Shown here: positions 11,630 to 25,500 of the stretch, piece after piece | How the letters are laid out: each line of letters starts with the position of its first letter | How positions within the stretch are numbered: the stretch's first letter is position 1 | Origin: Klebsormidium nitens | Taxonomy: Eukaryota; Plantae; Klebsormidiophyceae | NCBI GenBank assembly: GCA_000708835.1 | Contig: DF237382.1 | Coordinates: forward strand, 14,833-78,832 | Direction of reading: 5' to 3' | DNA: 64,000 nucleotides | Made by a program: the position numbers and the translations under genes | The notes under the pieces: model-generated | Databases searched by the model: none | Told to the model about the DNA's origin: nothing | Seen by the model: the letters and a program-made list of their open reading frames with translations, nothing else

Positions 11630-12983
11630 AGCTGGGACCTTTTCCCCCAGAACTTCGTAAGCGAAGCCTTGCGGCAAAGCCTAGAAGTCTCCCCTCCAAA
11701 GCGGCACGCAGCGGCGGTGACGTTTGCATTTGATGAGATCATTCACGGGGATCGATACCAATTATTTCCTTGCTTTGCGTCACTTGCTGTCAACATCAGG
11801 CCTTTATGCATTGCGCTGATAAACCCCTCTGCCGTCAGCTTGGAATCATAAGACGAGAGCGAAGACTTTGAGCTGCCCGTATCCGGTCGACGATCAGACC
11901 GCGAGGTTTATTATGCAATCTCTGTGGCTATCTTGGAGTTCTCTTCGTACCGTTTCGAAGTGGTTACAGCTGACCCGACCTGGCATGAAACTTTGTGGCC
12001 GCCCGTCGATGCCAACCGCCGCATGTCCAGCGTGATGATTTATGCGCCTCATGAAGACTGAGTCCGCTTTTGATTCATCTTAAGTCGAAGATTCTTCTAA
12101 ACCAGCATGCTGGCCGTACATGCAGCCTGCCTGCCATGCATACGACATCATGGGGCGGCCTGCCACTGGCAGCAGCTTACGCTTCCGCGAGCTTCCTGCA
12201 ATGAAGCGAGGGGTGGCATATGAGTCGATGGATACGCGTACACAATGACATAATCCGACACGTGCTAGAGGTTCGACCATTTGAAGCTAGATCTCTTTGT
12301 GTATGTCCGGTCATGAGTCACGGCCATTTTAGCCGGCAGAGAATAATTTATAGGACACGCACGAGTGCGCATATGCATAGCGCTCACGTACAAAATTATG
12401 TCAAATTTGGTGTAGATGAATCGACTGTCGAAGGCTCGGAATCGATCGTGCAACCGATACAATAACAGAGTATAGCTGCATATATGGTACGCTTGTTGGC
12501 GCGAAGGGCCTTTTAAGAGGCCTTCAACCATCTGCCTGAGTTATAACAGATCGAGAGCCGCGTGCCATGCACTGAGAGGTATGCGATCACATCTGTCATT
12601 GACTTGAATGATCAACTGAAAAAGCACTAATTTGCTTGGTACGACGCTAGCTAGGTGAGCGGTAATGATTGACTGTTTTCGGACGTCTATTTTTTGGCAT
12701 CTTCTGATCTTGCACGCGAGGGACATGGGCCGGGGTTGCTCGAGTGCCGGCAGAGCCGGCCCCCCAAACCAAACGTCTCTGGCACCCACTTGGGCGTCTA
12801 GCTGAGTCAGGCTGGATGCCTTCGTACCCCCATGCAGAACGTGGCCCAGACTTCAAATACATACTACTTCGCCTCCTAGCAGCGCTACAACCATAAAACG
12901 ATGAAGTAATTGCTTTTTATACCGTCTAAGTTTCACTTCATCCCTTGGGACCTAGCGCTTGAGATGTCCGACAAGGAAATCGG

Positions 12984-15900
12984 CTAGATCCCTGGTGGGT
13001 ACGTCATCGGCATCTCATCTTCTTTCTCCGGCCTCTTCCACACCGACTCTTTGTCCAGTGGTTCGACAGCGCTCGTCTTGGGGATGAATATGATCTTGTC
13101 AAACATCTGGAAGACCTGTATAGATGAGACACACGTCCGTCAAACGCTCCCTTGAACACTTGAGAACCTGCTATGATTGTATCATACTCGTCAGCTACCA
13201 GCACATGCTTGAGTGCTTAGAATACCGTTTTACAGGCTTTACGTCTGAGCTCCAAGTCTACTTGATGCAAAATGGTCAATATCCTTCCCCCTCTTTCGAC
13301 ATTCCTTGTGGGCTTCGAATATTGACTACCCTAAAATGCGGTGGCAGTTTGTCCAGACCCAAGGTGAAATAAAAACCCGACGCGTCGTCTGTCAATCAAG
13401 CGCAACAAAGGTTTTGACTAGATCGAGCGCATCAAGCGCCTCACATTCGCTCTGTAGTAATTCTCGCGTTCGTCCCCGTCCTCTCGGTATACGAGGCCGA
13501 TGGACCTCTTCCAAATGCAAAGCTCCCGGGGCTCCACGCGGGTACAATCTAGTAGGAACGGCGCGGGCGACACCTGGAGGGAACGGAAGGATGCTGGTCA
13601 TTATCCTTCGCATCTCTCCTTCTCTCCAGATCATGCAGTAAACAGGCAACTGGATGAGAGGATTTGTTTGGAAAAAGAACGACTGTCGGCACCTCTGCTT
13701 GGACACTTAGACGAAAGGCTGCGGACGCATGTTTATCAAAGACACTTTCTACTTTTGGTGGTGCTAAATCTGGTACAGCATCCAGTGGTCGGCCATTTTA
13801 TGGAAGCATTCCAACCAAAAATCGCCGGTCGTACCACTACCATCAAAAAGAGAGGGATCGTTTGGGGCCTACCTGGTTTAGTACCGAGCCTAGAGTACCG
13901 GGAACCGACGGCTTCAGCCGCACGCACTGGCCCGGTGCGCCCCAGTCAGGCGCCGCCGTCAGACTGCCGTAGTGGGTGCTACAAAGGAGGAATGGGTTGC
14001 TTTACCAGATGGGTGAGGGGCATTTAACAGACGCAAAACAGGACTACAAAAGGCCAGCAACAAATTTCACGAAGCATCATTGGGGTACACTCTCGCCGCT
14101 CTTACTTGAAGTTTCGAATGGAGGGCGAATTTTGAAGTGCAGAGTATCCTCACATAGGGGACTGGAGTCGTGAAAGTAACGACGCTAAAGTCTGGTCAGG
14201 TTGAGTACAGGACAAAGCAAGATGGCGAGACCTGATCTTGCGAAACGGCCAGGAAGAAAGGCTTCCGTTCCTTCAAAGGTCTCGAGCGAGGTGCGAACGC
14301 TCAGACGCCTATTCCTCGCCAGGATTCTGGCAAAGACGCAGATCAGGGCAAAAAAATATCGATGAAAATGCTGAAAGGAAAACCCGACGGCCAGCTTCTA
14401 CTCGATCCTTCTCTCGTTTCCCTTTCCGGTTGGTCGGCCATCCTTTCAGATCTCTTCCAAAGACATGCGCGGAAAGGAAGAAGAAACGTGTACCTGAACC
14501 CGATGATGAGCGCCTTGTCCCCGTACTTTTCCTTGACCAGCTGCCCCAGGTTGATCTGGTGCCAGTCCCACGCGATCTCCGTCGCGCGCGCGTCGCTGAC
14601 GTGGCAGTTGTGCGCCCACACGACGACCTTGCACGGCCGCCCGCACCGCCGCTCGCAGTTCTCCTTCAGCTCTGCGGACAGCACTGCTCGCGTGAGCCGC
14701 AGAGAAGGGTAGGGGTTCTTGTATGTTTATTGAATGTTTATTGAATTGCTTATTGAATGTTTATTGACTTGTATAGAATGTTCAACACCTGCTGACGTCA
14801 CAAGGAATGTCATTTCAGCAACGTCAACATTTTTAGCCCTATCTGGCGCGAGCTACTATTCTTAGCTGTGATAGCACTCCGAAAATTATGCCCATCCACG
14901 CCTGACGACGTTGCAAGGAGGTTTGCCCAGAAGAAGACCCTCATATCAGCGGTGCTTTCAAGGCGGGTTTTCAATCGGAGGAAAGTCTCTCGGAGGCTGC
15001 TCACCGACGAGTGTTTCGAACATGTGCCGGTCGCGGACGCTCCACGCCGCTTCGTACGCTTCGTACACCTTCCGATAGTACGCCGCTCCGTTCCGCACTG
15101 CCAAACCGTTCTGCAAGAAAATATCGAGCTGTTTTCAACGGGTCAAGTTTTGTGTCAATGAGTCGTGGGGCAAAGCTACCGATGAAAAAATCACTTTAGA
15201 TTGCCAAGCAGCAAAGCAGGATTCTCTCGCGTCACAGGGATGTGAAGAGCTTTATAAAGAAACAGCTCCGCCCTTTCCCAATGCGCGCATCAAGAGAGCG
15301 CGCGCTGTGCGATTAAACGAGGGCGCTCACTCCGCTTTGACGCAGGCATATTGGCAGCATCATCGCAGCTGAATCCCTAGCAGACACTTTTCTGGAGAAA
15401 CAAGTCATAAATTCCTCGATCCGCTTCTCACCAGGATTGCGAAGTGGTGCTCGTCGTCCTGGCACCGCGCGCCGCGCGCGTCGGCCCGCGACGCGGCCGC
15501 GGGTCCCATCTGGCGCAGCTCCGTCAGCTCGCAGGTGACGTCAGGCTCGCCGATGGGCTGCGCGCGCGCGGCCGCGGCGAAGCCGTACTCGTGCGGGTCG
15601 GGGGCGAATTGGGCGATCGCAGCGTAGCGCTGCCTGGCATGCACCCGCGCAGAGTTTTGAGAGAAGGAAGAGTTTGCGGTCGTTATAGCAGCAGCCAAAC
15701 GCGAGAAGTAACTTCCACTACTTACAAGTCCTGTCAGGATAGACGTCCGAGAGGCGGCGCTCGCTTCAAAATTGAACCGCTTGAGAAGGCATATCTTCCC
15801 TTTTCCTCTACTTGCCGATGCAAGAAAGAATTGAGTACGGATCGGAAGAATGAGAGACATGCGGTGTAAGCAACTGCAAGCAAGAGAAGAACTTCCGTCG

Positions 15901-18442
15901 GACGGATGTTTTTGTACTTAAGAGGCTGGCTTCTTACAGGAGACGTGCTTCTCATACCTTCAGGAGAAAGAACACGAAGACTCCGGAGAGGACTTGTTTA
16001 TATAATACGTGACGTAAAATCGAGGTCGATTCCCCAGCGCTTGGAAAAGCAAGCGATATCATGTTGAGATTAGAATCTACTCGAGACTCGACATACGATG
16101 CGAGTTACGGTGAGGGAAAGGTTTTTGAAGTCCTTCGAGGTCGTGACGTCCTGCTTGTTGCGAGAGAGTACGAGAGCTGCTGTTGTAATGCATACGGCTC
16201 TTTGGGCAAGTGGTGCGGAGTAGGTTGAAGAAAGACCAAAACTGAGATTGCGACCATAAGACCGAGATCTCACTTGGCTCTCTCCGCCGCTTTGGGATCT
16301 TTCTTCTGCAGGTACTCGATGACGCATTCCATCGACTGGTACAGATGGTGCAAGTCGAAGCCGTGGAGAGATACTTCGTGTCTGGAGAGCATTCCATTGT
16401 CAGGTTGTCATCCGTTTCTTTAGATTGTCCTCAAGCGACCAAATTAATTGAAGACTTCGCGGAAGAATTTAACGTTCTGCTTTGATTATTCAATTCTCGG
16501 GTTCTGCACGAACCGCTTTCGTCGACGTCAAAGTGGTAATCCGAAGAAGAGACTGGTCTTTCTATCATGTAGTGATTCTAGGAGCAAAGTTCTGCCTACA
16601 TGCGCTCGTGAATAGAAGTTACCGTTGCAAAAGAGAATTTTGATGATGCAAAAAAGTCGTGTATGCATTGCCGCAGTCCCGTAGAATACATATTGAAACC
16701 CTTTATCCACCTCGACACATCCTTGACTGACTTTCGGCATCAATCAAAAGGAAGACGGAAACCGAATTGCTTGCGAATAAAAACGGGATTGCTTGCTAGA
16801 TCCTTTGACTCACACTGGCTTGACTTACCCGCTCGGTTTCCCTCCCGAAAATATCGTTCTGCATGTATGAGACCAGAGGGAAAATCAGGCGGCATAGAAG
16901 CGTTGGAATCAAACACTCTCATGAATTGATTAGGCAATCTACGGTTGCCGTTTTGGCGGAGATTTTTCAGCGTGACGCTCTGCTGGACATCTGGCTACGA
17001 AGAACTTCCAATCTAGCGAAGAACAAGCTCGAAGGGCAAGAAGAGGTGGAGATAAAAGACGGCTTCGCATCGGCTAGAACTGCATTGTTTCAGAGCGTGT
17101 CCCTTTTTTTGTCTTCTTTGATTCGTTTATCTTCTGCTTCAATGAATGCTGGAAGTAATTAATCTTCTGAGCTCCTTCAGACGCACAGAAAGGAAGATAG
17201 CTTTACTCGTTGTGTCGCCTGGCCCACTCCACGAACTCCTCCATGACCGTGTTGCGCCACATCCAGAGCGGGTACTGCTTAAACCCCGAGAGCGCCGCGG
17301 CCGCGCTGTCGTCGCGCGACGCGCCGCGGACGTAGCGGTCCACGCGGTCCATGTCGACCAGGTCCGCCTCAAGAACCACCAGCGAGAAGCCCTGCAACAG
17401 GGCGGTCAGCTTTTAACACAGAATCGCTTCTTTCCGGCAGATCGAAGATTTGTGGCAATGGATCTCCAGAATTCGCAAGTTCTGGGGCGTGGATCTTATG
17501 CCTATGGATCTGGTATAGTCAGCTCGGGTTATTGTACTGGGACGGGTAGGGTTAGTAAGGTGGTTAGGGTGGGTACGGGTGCAGAGCGGGTGAGTATGTG
17601 GGTTCAGGTTTTTATTATTAGCTTCGTTCTTACTACAACTTGAGCTTACTATGATTATTCCAGAGAAAATCGTGGATCTGAGCCGTGCCGCGAGGGTGAT
17701 TGAATGTGAATATATTCTTCGATTGTCTTTTGATTCTGGATTTTTAATTCAAAAAGCAACAGGTGATGAATAGAAGTGAAGTGCTGACGCGAAGGTCACT
17801 CATTTTATTAGGGTCTATGCGTATCATATCTGAATTTGAACGCCTCATAAGTAATATGACAATTGATCAGCAGGAACGATGTACGATCAATCTATAGTAG
17901 TAGTGCTGATCAAAGGCCGCTTATTGTAATGCTGTATCTTCTGCATGTGCGCGCAGAAATTACGTGCACCTTAAATCTGCTTCCCTAACCCTGAATGTTT
18001 TTCCGCTTAGAAAGGACCGCTTTTTCTACTAGAGGCCACAAGGGTTTCAGCTTTCCGTGCGACACTTATTTACCGTGCAAAGTTGTCAACAATTTAAGCA
18101 GAGTCCTCAAGCAAGCTTCTGGATAGAGTAAGGCCTCCCTTTGCTTACCTTTTCTTCAATGAGTCGCTCCGTAATCTTGCAGCGTTCTTCCGCCATCTCG
18201 CGAGTTCCATGCGTTGACTCTCCAATCAGCACTATTTCTGCGTCGCCAATCTGGTGCAGCAACTCGTCGTACCTCCCCTCTGACTTCTCAGACAAAGCAA
18301 AGGCATGCGAGCGAATTCCACTCATATCTACTTCCTGACTCTGATCTCGCCGCCTTTCGTGCTGAAAACGTTCCAGCTCTTCGTCCCGCTGGATACTTTT
18401 CCTCTCACAGCCATGATGCTCTGCTGACTGACCGACAGACAT
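12984..18442 (-). CDS. Erythromycin esterase (EreA/EreB-like) family protein; exact start uncertain
   Basis: Exons (18442?)-18149, 17391-17207, 16381-16274, 15633-15432, 15110-15005, 14683-14494, 13978-13873, 13573-13445, 13115-12984, phase-consistent. Family motifs in order: [85 protein letters not shown]...TYPPGI. Confidence 0.85.
14723..14767. repeat. 11-bp tandem repeat (ATGTTTATTGA) x4, intronic
   Basis: atgtttattga atgtttattga attgcttattga atgtttattga, read directly. Confidence 0.9.
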
Positions 18443-19562
18443 CTCTACAGGATGTCTCGAACCTCAGGAGGCTTGTCAGGGCAATTGCTTGATCGTTTCT
18501 GCGATTTCTACCTCCTCAACAGAAAATCTTTGTGGATGACTTCAAGCGCCAAGCGGATTGCTGAAGCAAGCTTACAGAGAAAAGCACGGAAGTCGTATAA
18601 CACATAAGAGAACCCGCATGTATACTGAATGGAGTGTGCAAGACTCTGCTCGTTGAAATGACTGAGATGGAAACGACTTAAAGCGTCTGGAATGGCGCTC
18701 ATTGCCTGAAAGCATCCCCGCAGCACACCCGTATAGACCAGCTTCAGCTGTCTCATCATCTGCTACAAGAACGCACTTTCAACGTCTCTTTTCAAAGTTC
18801 ACTCAGCTTGCAAACCAAATTACTTGCAGCATTCCAAGATTGATACCAGATTCCGTGCTCAAGGCAAATGCTGAAGAGGCTTGAGCTTCGAAAATGAGCA
18901 CCGCAAATGCTGCAGGACCCTCGAGCATGGCCTGCCACGAGGGATCCAACTTTCAGAATTCAAATTGCATTGCTTGACAATCTGGCCGTCTCGAGTCAAA
19001 CCCGTTCTGATTCAAAGCTGGGCCGTCAGATGAGCGCATTCTGGGACATCGAAGGGTCAACTTTTGCTCATTTTTCAACGAGCCCCGGTCACGGACGGAG
19101 CTGACGCTGCGGCTGAGTCTGAAGTGCGCGCCCTGCAATGTTACATGAGTGCGTCTAGTGTCCAGGCCATATAACGTCTGGTGATCTTATTTCCATTGCA
19201 TGCAGAGTCATCACAGACTGCTGATGTCAGGCGTTTGACATGAAGCTAGGCTTCCGGACTCGATGTACCTTGCTGACGAAGATCGTAATTCGAGTAGCAG
19301 AAATAAAAGTGCCTGCTTTTGAGTATGAACTTATGATGGTTTGGCAGTCTGCAGGAGAGAGCCACCTTCTTGCAGCTTGAAGCCTCTTGCAACGCTTGTT
19401 CTGCGTAGCTCGAGAAATCGCAGTAAGAGCCGGTGTTTTTCTTAGCTTTTGGCTTTCCTCGCGAAGAGCTTCCTTCCCCCTCGTTTTCTTTAGCATTCGA
19501 AGTCAGCGTGAGGAGCCGTCTCGGAGCAGTCCGCTGCGCAGTCTTCCGTTCCGCGTCTCGAA

Positions 19563-20930
19563 ATGGCGAACAACCAGGCGTTCATGCAGCTCATTGGCCC
19601 CACGGTGCTCTTCATTGCGTTGGCCCCGGGGTTCCTCCTAACGGTGAGAAAGTGCTGCATGTCGGTAGAAATGTGGCTTCTCGTTCTTATTAAGCTGGAA
19701 AAAAATGTAAGGAAGACGGAGGAATGGTTGGATTTATTCATTTGCAGATGCAACCAGACCGGAGCCGTGTTCTTCAGCTTACAGTAAGATGGTTGAATGA
19801 AGGTGACATGCAATCAATTATCTCTTCTTGCGAACTCCGAAAAGGTCGTCAAGTATGACAGGAATTTCCGTCCCGTTTCCTCGTGCATGAGCCTTATCTG
19901 GTCTGCAAAAAGTTCCCCGAGGGACAAAGTGAGGCGTTCTACAAGCTAGTGTTCAGCTTAAAGGCCCAAAGTAGTCAAAATAACGGGTGCTAGTGCCTTT
20001 GTTGGGCTTCTCGAGGGTGCCTGCTGAACAATTGCATCCTTCCCCATATCAAAGAACAGCGACTAGGAAGAGAATCAAGAATGGTGGGCTGTAGAGAGAT
20101 AGATGCTACAGATGTTTAAAGAGACGGCTGATGATGCTCCTTACTTCTTGAAGATGCTGTCAATGATTGAAAACTCTCAAGACATTTTGCGTTCCGAGTC
20201 TCGTACCCTCATGATCGACATAAGCACCTCTCGGTCCTTAAGATGTTACTTCTGAAGGAACCACCATGTGGGTTTGTGGCTCAGAGTTGTTCACATTAAA
20301 TCATTTCCAAAGACAGGAACTATATGTGCATTTGGCACATCGGTTCATTGACATGTTTGCGTGTCGTAATTAGAGTACGTTAGAAACGTGAAGACAGACA
20401 GATGCTTTCGTGAATCAATGTCTTAGGCCTCACAACAAGTACTGCTGGGGTCATCTTGATGCTTGCCCCTGTGTGTCGACGATGGCAAGCCGATGATGAT
20501 GATGATGATGATGATGACGATGATGATGATGATGATGCACGGTCTCACGGTCCGTCAGGAGGACGGCCTGGAATGAGACGTTTCTGCGTCTGCGACTTCA
20601 AGTCAGTCGGCCAGACCTCTAGGCCGAGTAAAATCTAGATAAATAAAAAGGAAGCATTTTTCGCTTTTGCTCCTTCAGATCCCGTGAACCGTACAAAAGT
20701 TTCACGCAAAATCATAGCGTTGCCTGTAGCATCAAAGCAGGAATACGATATTACGTCCTTTGCTCCTCCCGGTACAGATCCCCGGTGACCGCAAGCCGAT
20801 CGAGACAGGCGCGGACAACCAGAAGGTGCGCCCGGCGCAGGTGCTGACGCACGCCGGGGTGTTCGCGGGCGCCTACTACGGCTGGTTGCGCTTCATGTCC
20901 AACAACGCGCGCGCGGTGCGCAAGCCTTAG
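19563..20930 (+). CDS. DUF3339-like small two-TM protein, 77 aa
   Basis: Exons 19563-19643 (ACG|gtgaga) and 20778-20930 (tacag|ATC...TAG). Protein MANNQAFMQLIGPTVLFIALAPGFLLTIPGDRKPIETGADNQKVRPAQVLTHAGVFAGAYYGWLRFMSNNARAVRKP matches the LF..L.PG.L..(I/L)PG....IE...and V..HA..F pattern I recall for plant DUF3339 proteins. Confidence 0.8.
20492..20536. repeat. (GAT)15 microsatellite with one GAC interruption, intronic
   Basis: Read directly from sequence. Confidence 0.95.
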
Positions 20931-22589
20931 GCGGGGGGATCCCTCTGGTAAGCTGTCGTCTCGTGCGAAGTGCGGATGCCGGACGAAGGAGGGTTAGGAG
21001 GCGAGAAAACGCGACGCTTCTGTAAGGCCTTCGAACTGCCTGGGTTAGACGGAGCTATTAATCTAACATTCGGAAAGTGGAACGGTATCTGTGTGCGGTA
21101 TCTTTTCCTTCTTTTTACACGTGGGCAGTTTTCATGTGCTTGCTCCGCCTTCCATAGGTGCAAGTAGTATGTGGAGCGGTAAAGCAATACGCATACCGGA
21201 ACGAAAAATCGAAGAGTGCGGGCTCCTTTGGATGGATGTGGAGACCTGTTGTTGATCACTGTCGTAGATGACGTTGCATCCAATGAGCTTGCACGGAACT
21301 TTCGACTCAAGACGATTCAAACGCTGAATCATCTTCTGTTTCCACAGGATCTGCACAGGCGTTGCGCCGATCCAGGCGCACCAAGAGACTCGCTACTTGG
21401 AGGAAGCGGGCGGCGGTCACAGGGAGTAAATGGGATCCTTGCCAAGTAAAAAGGAGCATATTTCTTGTAAATTCGGCTTAGAAAGGATTCTGTCCGGTAA
21501 TAAGTCAGATCAAACAGTATCCGCTTCGAAAGGACCGGTCCGCGCGTGATACTCTCGAAAAGTCTTCCTGTCGCCAATCACACGCTCGGACCATCAATTC
21601 CGGTAGATAAGGCTGCACGGCTCAAGCTGTTCTTGTTCTGAATGAGCATTTGCGAGGCAGGTCACTCTGCTTCTGAAGAAGCAGCTTATTGACGCCATGG
21701 AAGCACAACATGTGCAACCTATTTGAGCGTCACCTCGAGTAACGCAATCCCTAAAGAACACACAAGCTAATATTTCGGCGTTGGCTTTTTTGGCAGAGTG
21801 CATGTGCAATGATTACAAAGTTTCGAAAGGTCTGCGGCATGCGAGTTCTTTACGAAATAACGAAGTTTGTGCGCTTCATGACTGCATTGACGATGCTGTC
21901 CGACACGCGGCACATGAGTGATCTGCGTATGTTTGAGCGCAATGCAAGACGTATTATAATGGGACGACAATCGCCAGCTCTTTGAACATGTCGGGACCTG
22001 TTAGTACGTCATCTGCGACTGCATGCGCGCACGCCGCTAAACATGCGAGCGCCCTTCCAAAAGCTAGATCGACTAGAAACGCTGCCATGCATCACGGTTG
22101 CACGGGCGGGCCGTGCATGGTTGCATCCCGGCTTGATTGGGTAGCTAGCCCGGCTTTGAATCATTTGACCCACATCGATGGAGCCTTTGAGCCTGCAGCT
22201 AATGTTGCTTTCACACATCTGCGCAAACACCTGTACCATTGACATGCATAGGTATTTGCGACACGCATCTGTACCTTATGCGGCATACCGCCGGCCAAAA
22301 TGAAGCTAATACAAGTACTTCAGGTATTATGCGCAAAGTCGAACATGGCATGCCAGAATGCCACCAGAATCATCGGTCAAAGCGCGATTCATATATTTCA
22401 TACTTACCTGTACGACAGCTGATTGACGAATGTGGTGCTCGACTCATCCAATCGTTGCAAAACCTGCAGACCGGCCAAGTTATAGGCCCGAATTAGCTTA
22501 AGGCTAGACCTGATCCTACGCCGCTCAAATTTTTGGTACTTTAACTGCTGAACATGTTTGAGCTAGCTTTCACTCCTAGACACCGCTAG

Positions 22590-25500
22590 TCACAGGTCCA
22601 GACCGGCCTCTCTCAGCAGCCCCTCCCAAATCTCCGCCAGTACCGCCCTCTTCTCCGGGCGCACCCACAGCGACAGCTCCTCGAACAAAAACCTCTGTTC
22701 CCCCTCCCACCACCGCCGCAACGCCTCCCTCGAGTCCACCCCCCCAAGCCGAGCCAAAATCTCGCCCACGCGTTTCTGCCCCGCCGCGTCAGGCTTTAGA
22801 ATGTCGGTCGGGGGCCCCGTCAGACTCTCCGCCAGTGCCAACAAACCCTGCAGAACCCGGCCCTGTAGGAGCGCGACCGCGAACGCCGCGGTTTTGGCCT
22901 TCCCCGGTTTTAGCTCGGTGGCGTGGAGCGGAAGGCTCCACTGCTGCGGGCCGAAAGTGGGCTGCATCCAGCACATGATGCGGTCCGTGGCCGATTCGTA
23001 CCAGGGCGGCGGGTCTGCGAGCGGTTTGGACAGCTGGCAGAGCGCGGACGCCTCGACGGGGAGCCACCGGACGTCCACTGCGGTCACGCCCTGCGAAAGC
23101 AATGGAAGAGCGTCAAAGGTGGCTCCGGGGTACCGTTGAGTGCCCTCAATACCATTTTTAGTCGGTAGCTTATGGTCAGCGATTTACAAAAGGGGAAAAT
23201 GTTGCAGCCTTGTACTCCTGGGTGCTTGCTGGAGTCGAGGGAGACGTGCTCGGTGGAATTAAGAATAGGCAGCACAAAGTGCGGACGAGCGAGAATTCCC
23301 AGGCGCCATCACGTCGCCTTGAGAGCTCACGTAGAAAGCGAAGGTACGCTGTTTGAAATGTGGACTGCAAGTGTTCAGGGACCCTCCTGCCTGGCGCGAA
23401 CTCTGAGCTGAGGTGAACCAACGATAGCAATCGACTCACATCTGCACACGTCATCCCTTACCTGCATGTACGTCCGCTTCTCGGTCTGCACCAAGTCTGC
23501 ATAGCACACGAAGTCCGGCGCGTCCCGGGCCGCAGACGTTCCGGGGTGCAGGAACACCACCCCGGGCGCCGAGCACGCCTGGTACCGCACTGCGCGCCGC
23601 GACTTCTCCGCCTCTAGTTCGCCCGGTACGCTCTCCCCCGGACGCAGTTTCCGAGCGACCCGATCCGCCCATCCGGCGCAAATCGCGCGGCGCAGCTTCG
23701 CCTCGTCGCCCTTTCCGAGCGGCTCCCGGAGGGCCGTTTCCAACCGTTCGACGCTCCGCTTCTCGCGCGCCTGTCGGGTTAGAACCGGGCTCTTCTCCGC
23801 GGTATCGGGGCCGACGCCGGGAACGGATTCTACTTCCTCCCGTGCGAGGTTCGCGCCCACGAGCCGCGTCAGCTGCTCCCGTAGCTGCGCCATCTCTTTC
23901 ATCGTCCGCGCATGCAAGTGGTTTTCGAAACAAAACTGCTCCCCCGCCGAGGGCCCTATTTGGCCCACTCTCTCCCCGGCCGCCTGCACGAACTCCTCAT
24001 ACGCAACCAGAGCGGCCGCGGCTGACAGGGCCTCGCTTCCGGGAACTGTGAACTTCGCATGGGCCGCACGCGCGGCCGCCCGTCGCTTCCGCCGCCGCTC
24101 CTTCTCCTCGTCTTCCGCTTTCTTGCTCGCCTTCTCCGCTCGGATTTCGTCCCCTTCCTCGCCCCAGTCATCCACGCCAGAAATTTTTTTTGCCTCCTTT
24201 TCATTCGCCTCTTCTGGCCCTCCTCTCTCGCCACTTTTAGCGTCTAAACCCTCAAACCCTTCGCGTAAGAACGGGCTTTCGGAGCTCAGAGCGGCCGCGG
24301 CCGCGACCGCGTGCGCCAACAGCCGCAGCCCTTTCTTCGGGGTTTTGGGGTTTTCGCCCATTCCAAGCGCGGCCAAAAGCATGCGCGCGTGGCGGGGGCT
24401 GATTGGATACGAGGACATGGCTTTGCCAAGGGTAGTGATCGTGGTCGAAGTTGGGTAAAGTGCGGCTAAGGAAACGAGGGTGCGTTCGGCAGTGGATAGG
24501 GCGGAGCGGTCAGGGGGCGTGGGGAAGGGAAAGTTCACGACCTGCAAGGAAAAATAAAAAGCATCTTAGGTTCCGGCAGAGCCTCAACCATCTGTGAAAA
24601 TGCAAGCTGGAGCCAAGCAGAGCGAACAGTGCAAACGCATCAAACTGTCGCTGTCATTCGTTGCTCTGTTGAACATAAGAATAACAATCTTCTTGAGCTG
24701 CCGAAAGCAGGCAGCGAAGGGAGATCTGAGGCACGATCATGAACAGTACAGTGATCGAATAAGTGTGCAATAAATCGTCCGGAGCGAGGATAACACTTCG
24801 CCATTTCCAAAAGCAGCTCTTGAGATTAATGTAGGTACCTATCATTCTCATCTGAAGTGGGGGTTCCGGCCAACAAAGTAGAAGCTCCACAGGTGCCCAC
24901 CTTCTCGATGCCCATGGCCTTCATCTGCAGCACGACTCCCTCGATCGGCGCGCTCTCGATCTCGGGCGGCGCGTGCTGCGGGAACTGGTCCGTAAACACC
25001 GCCGACGAATACAACCGGTAGCAGTGCCCCGGGCCGACTCTCCCCGCCCTCCCCGCGCGCTGGTCCGCCGACGCTTTGCTTATCCACTTCACTTCGAATT
25101 TGGACAGTCCGCTGCCGCGTTCGAACGTCCGTTCTTTCGCTCGTCCGCAGTCCACGACGTACCGAATCCCCGGAATAGTGAGACTCGTCTCGGCCACGTT
25201 CGTGGCGACCACCACCAGGCGGTGGCCCTCCGGCGGGTCAACGAAAACGCGCAGCTGGGCCGCGGCCGGGAGCATCGCGTAGAGCGGCAGCACGTGGAGC
25301 GGACCCGGGCGGTCGTCTTCGCCTTCCAACTCTGAATCTTCGCTTCCATCTTTTCCAGTCTGAGCCTTCCCTCCATTTTCTTCCTGCTCTTCGTGATCTT
25401 CAGTTTTGGCATTGCCTGTCTTCGGTGGGTGTACATCGGCCCCGGAAGCAGGCTCCCCGTCCGCGTCCTCGCCCTCCGCGGCCCCATTCACACCGTCACC

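Noticed and set aside
17545-17580. TTAGGG-like tract suggesting an interstitial telomere
   Set aside because: Only one or two imperfect units; on the gene strand it reads as CTAAC branch-point-like motifs within an intron.
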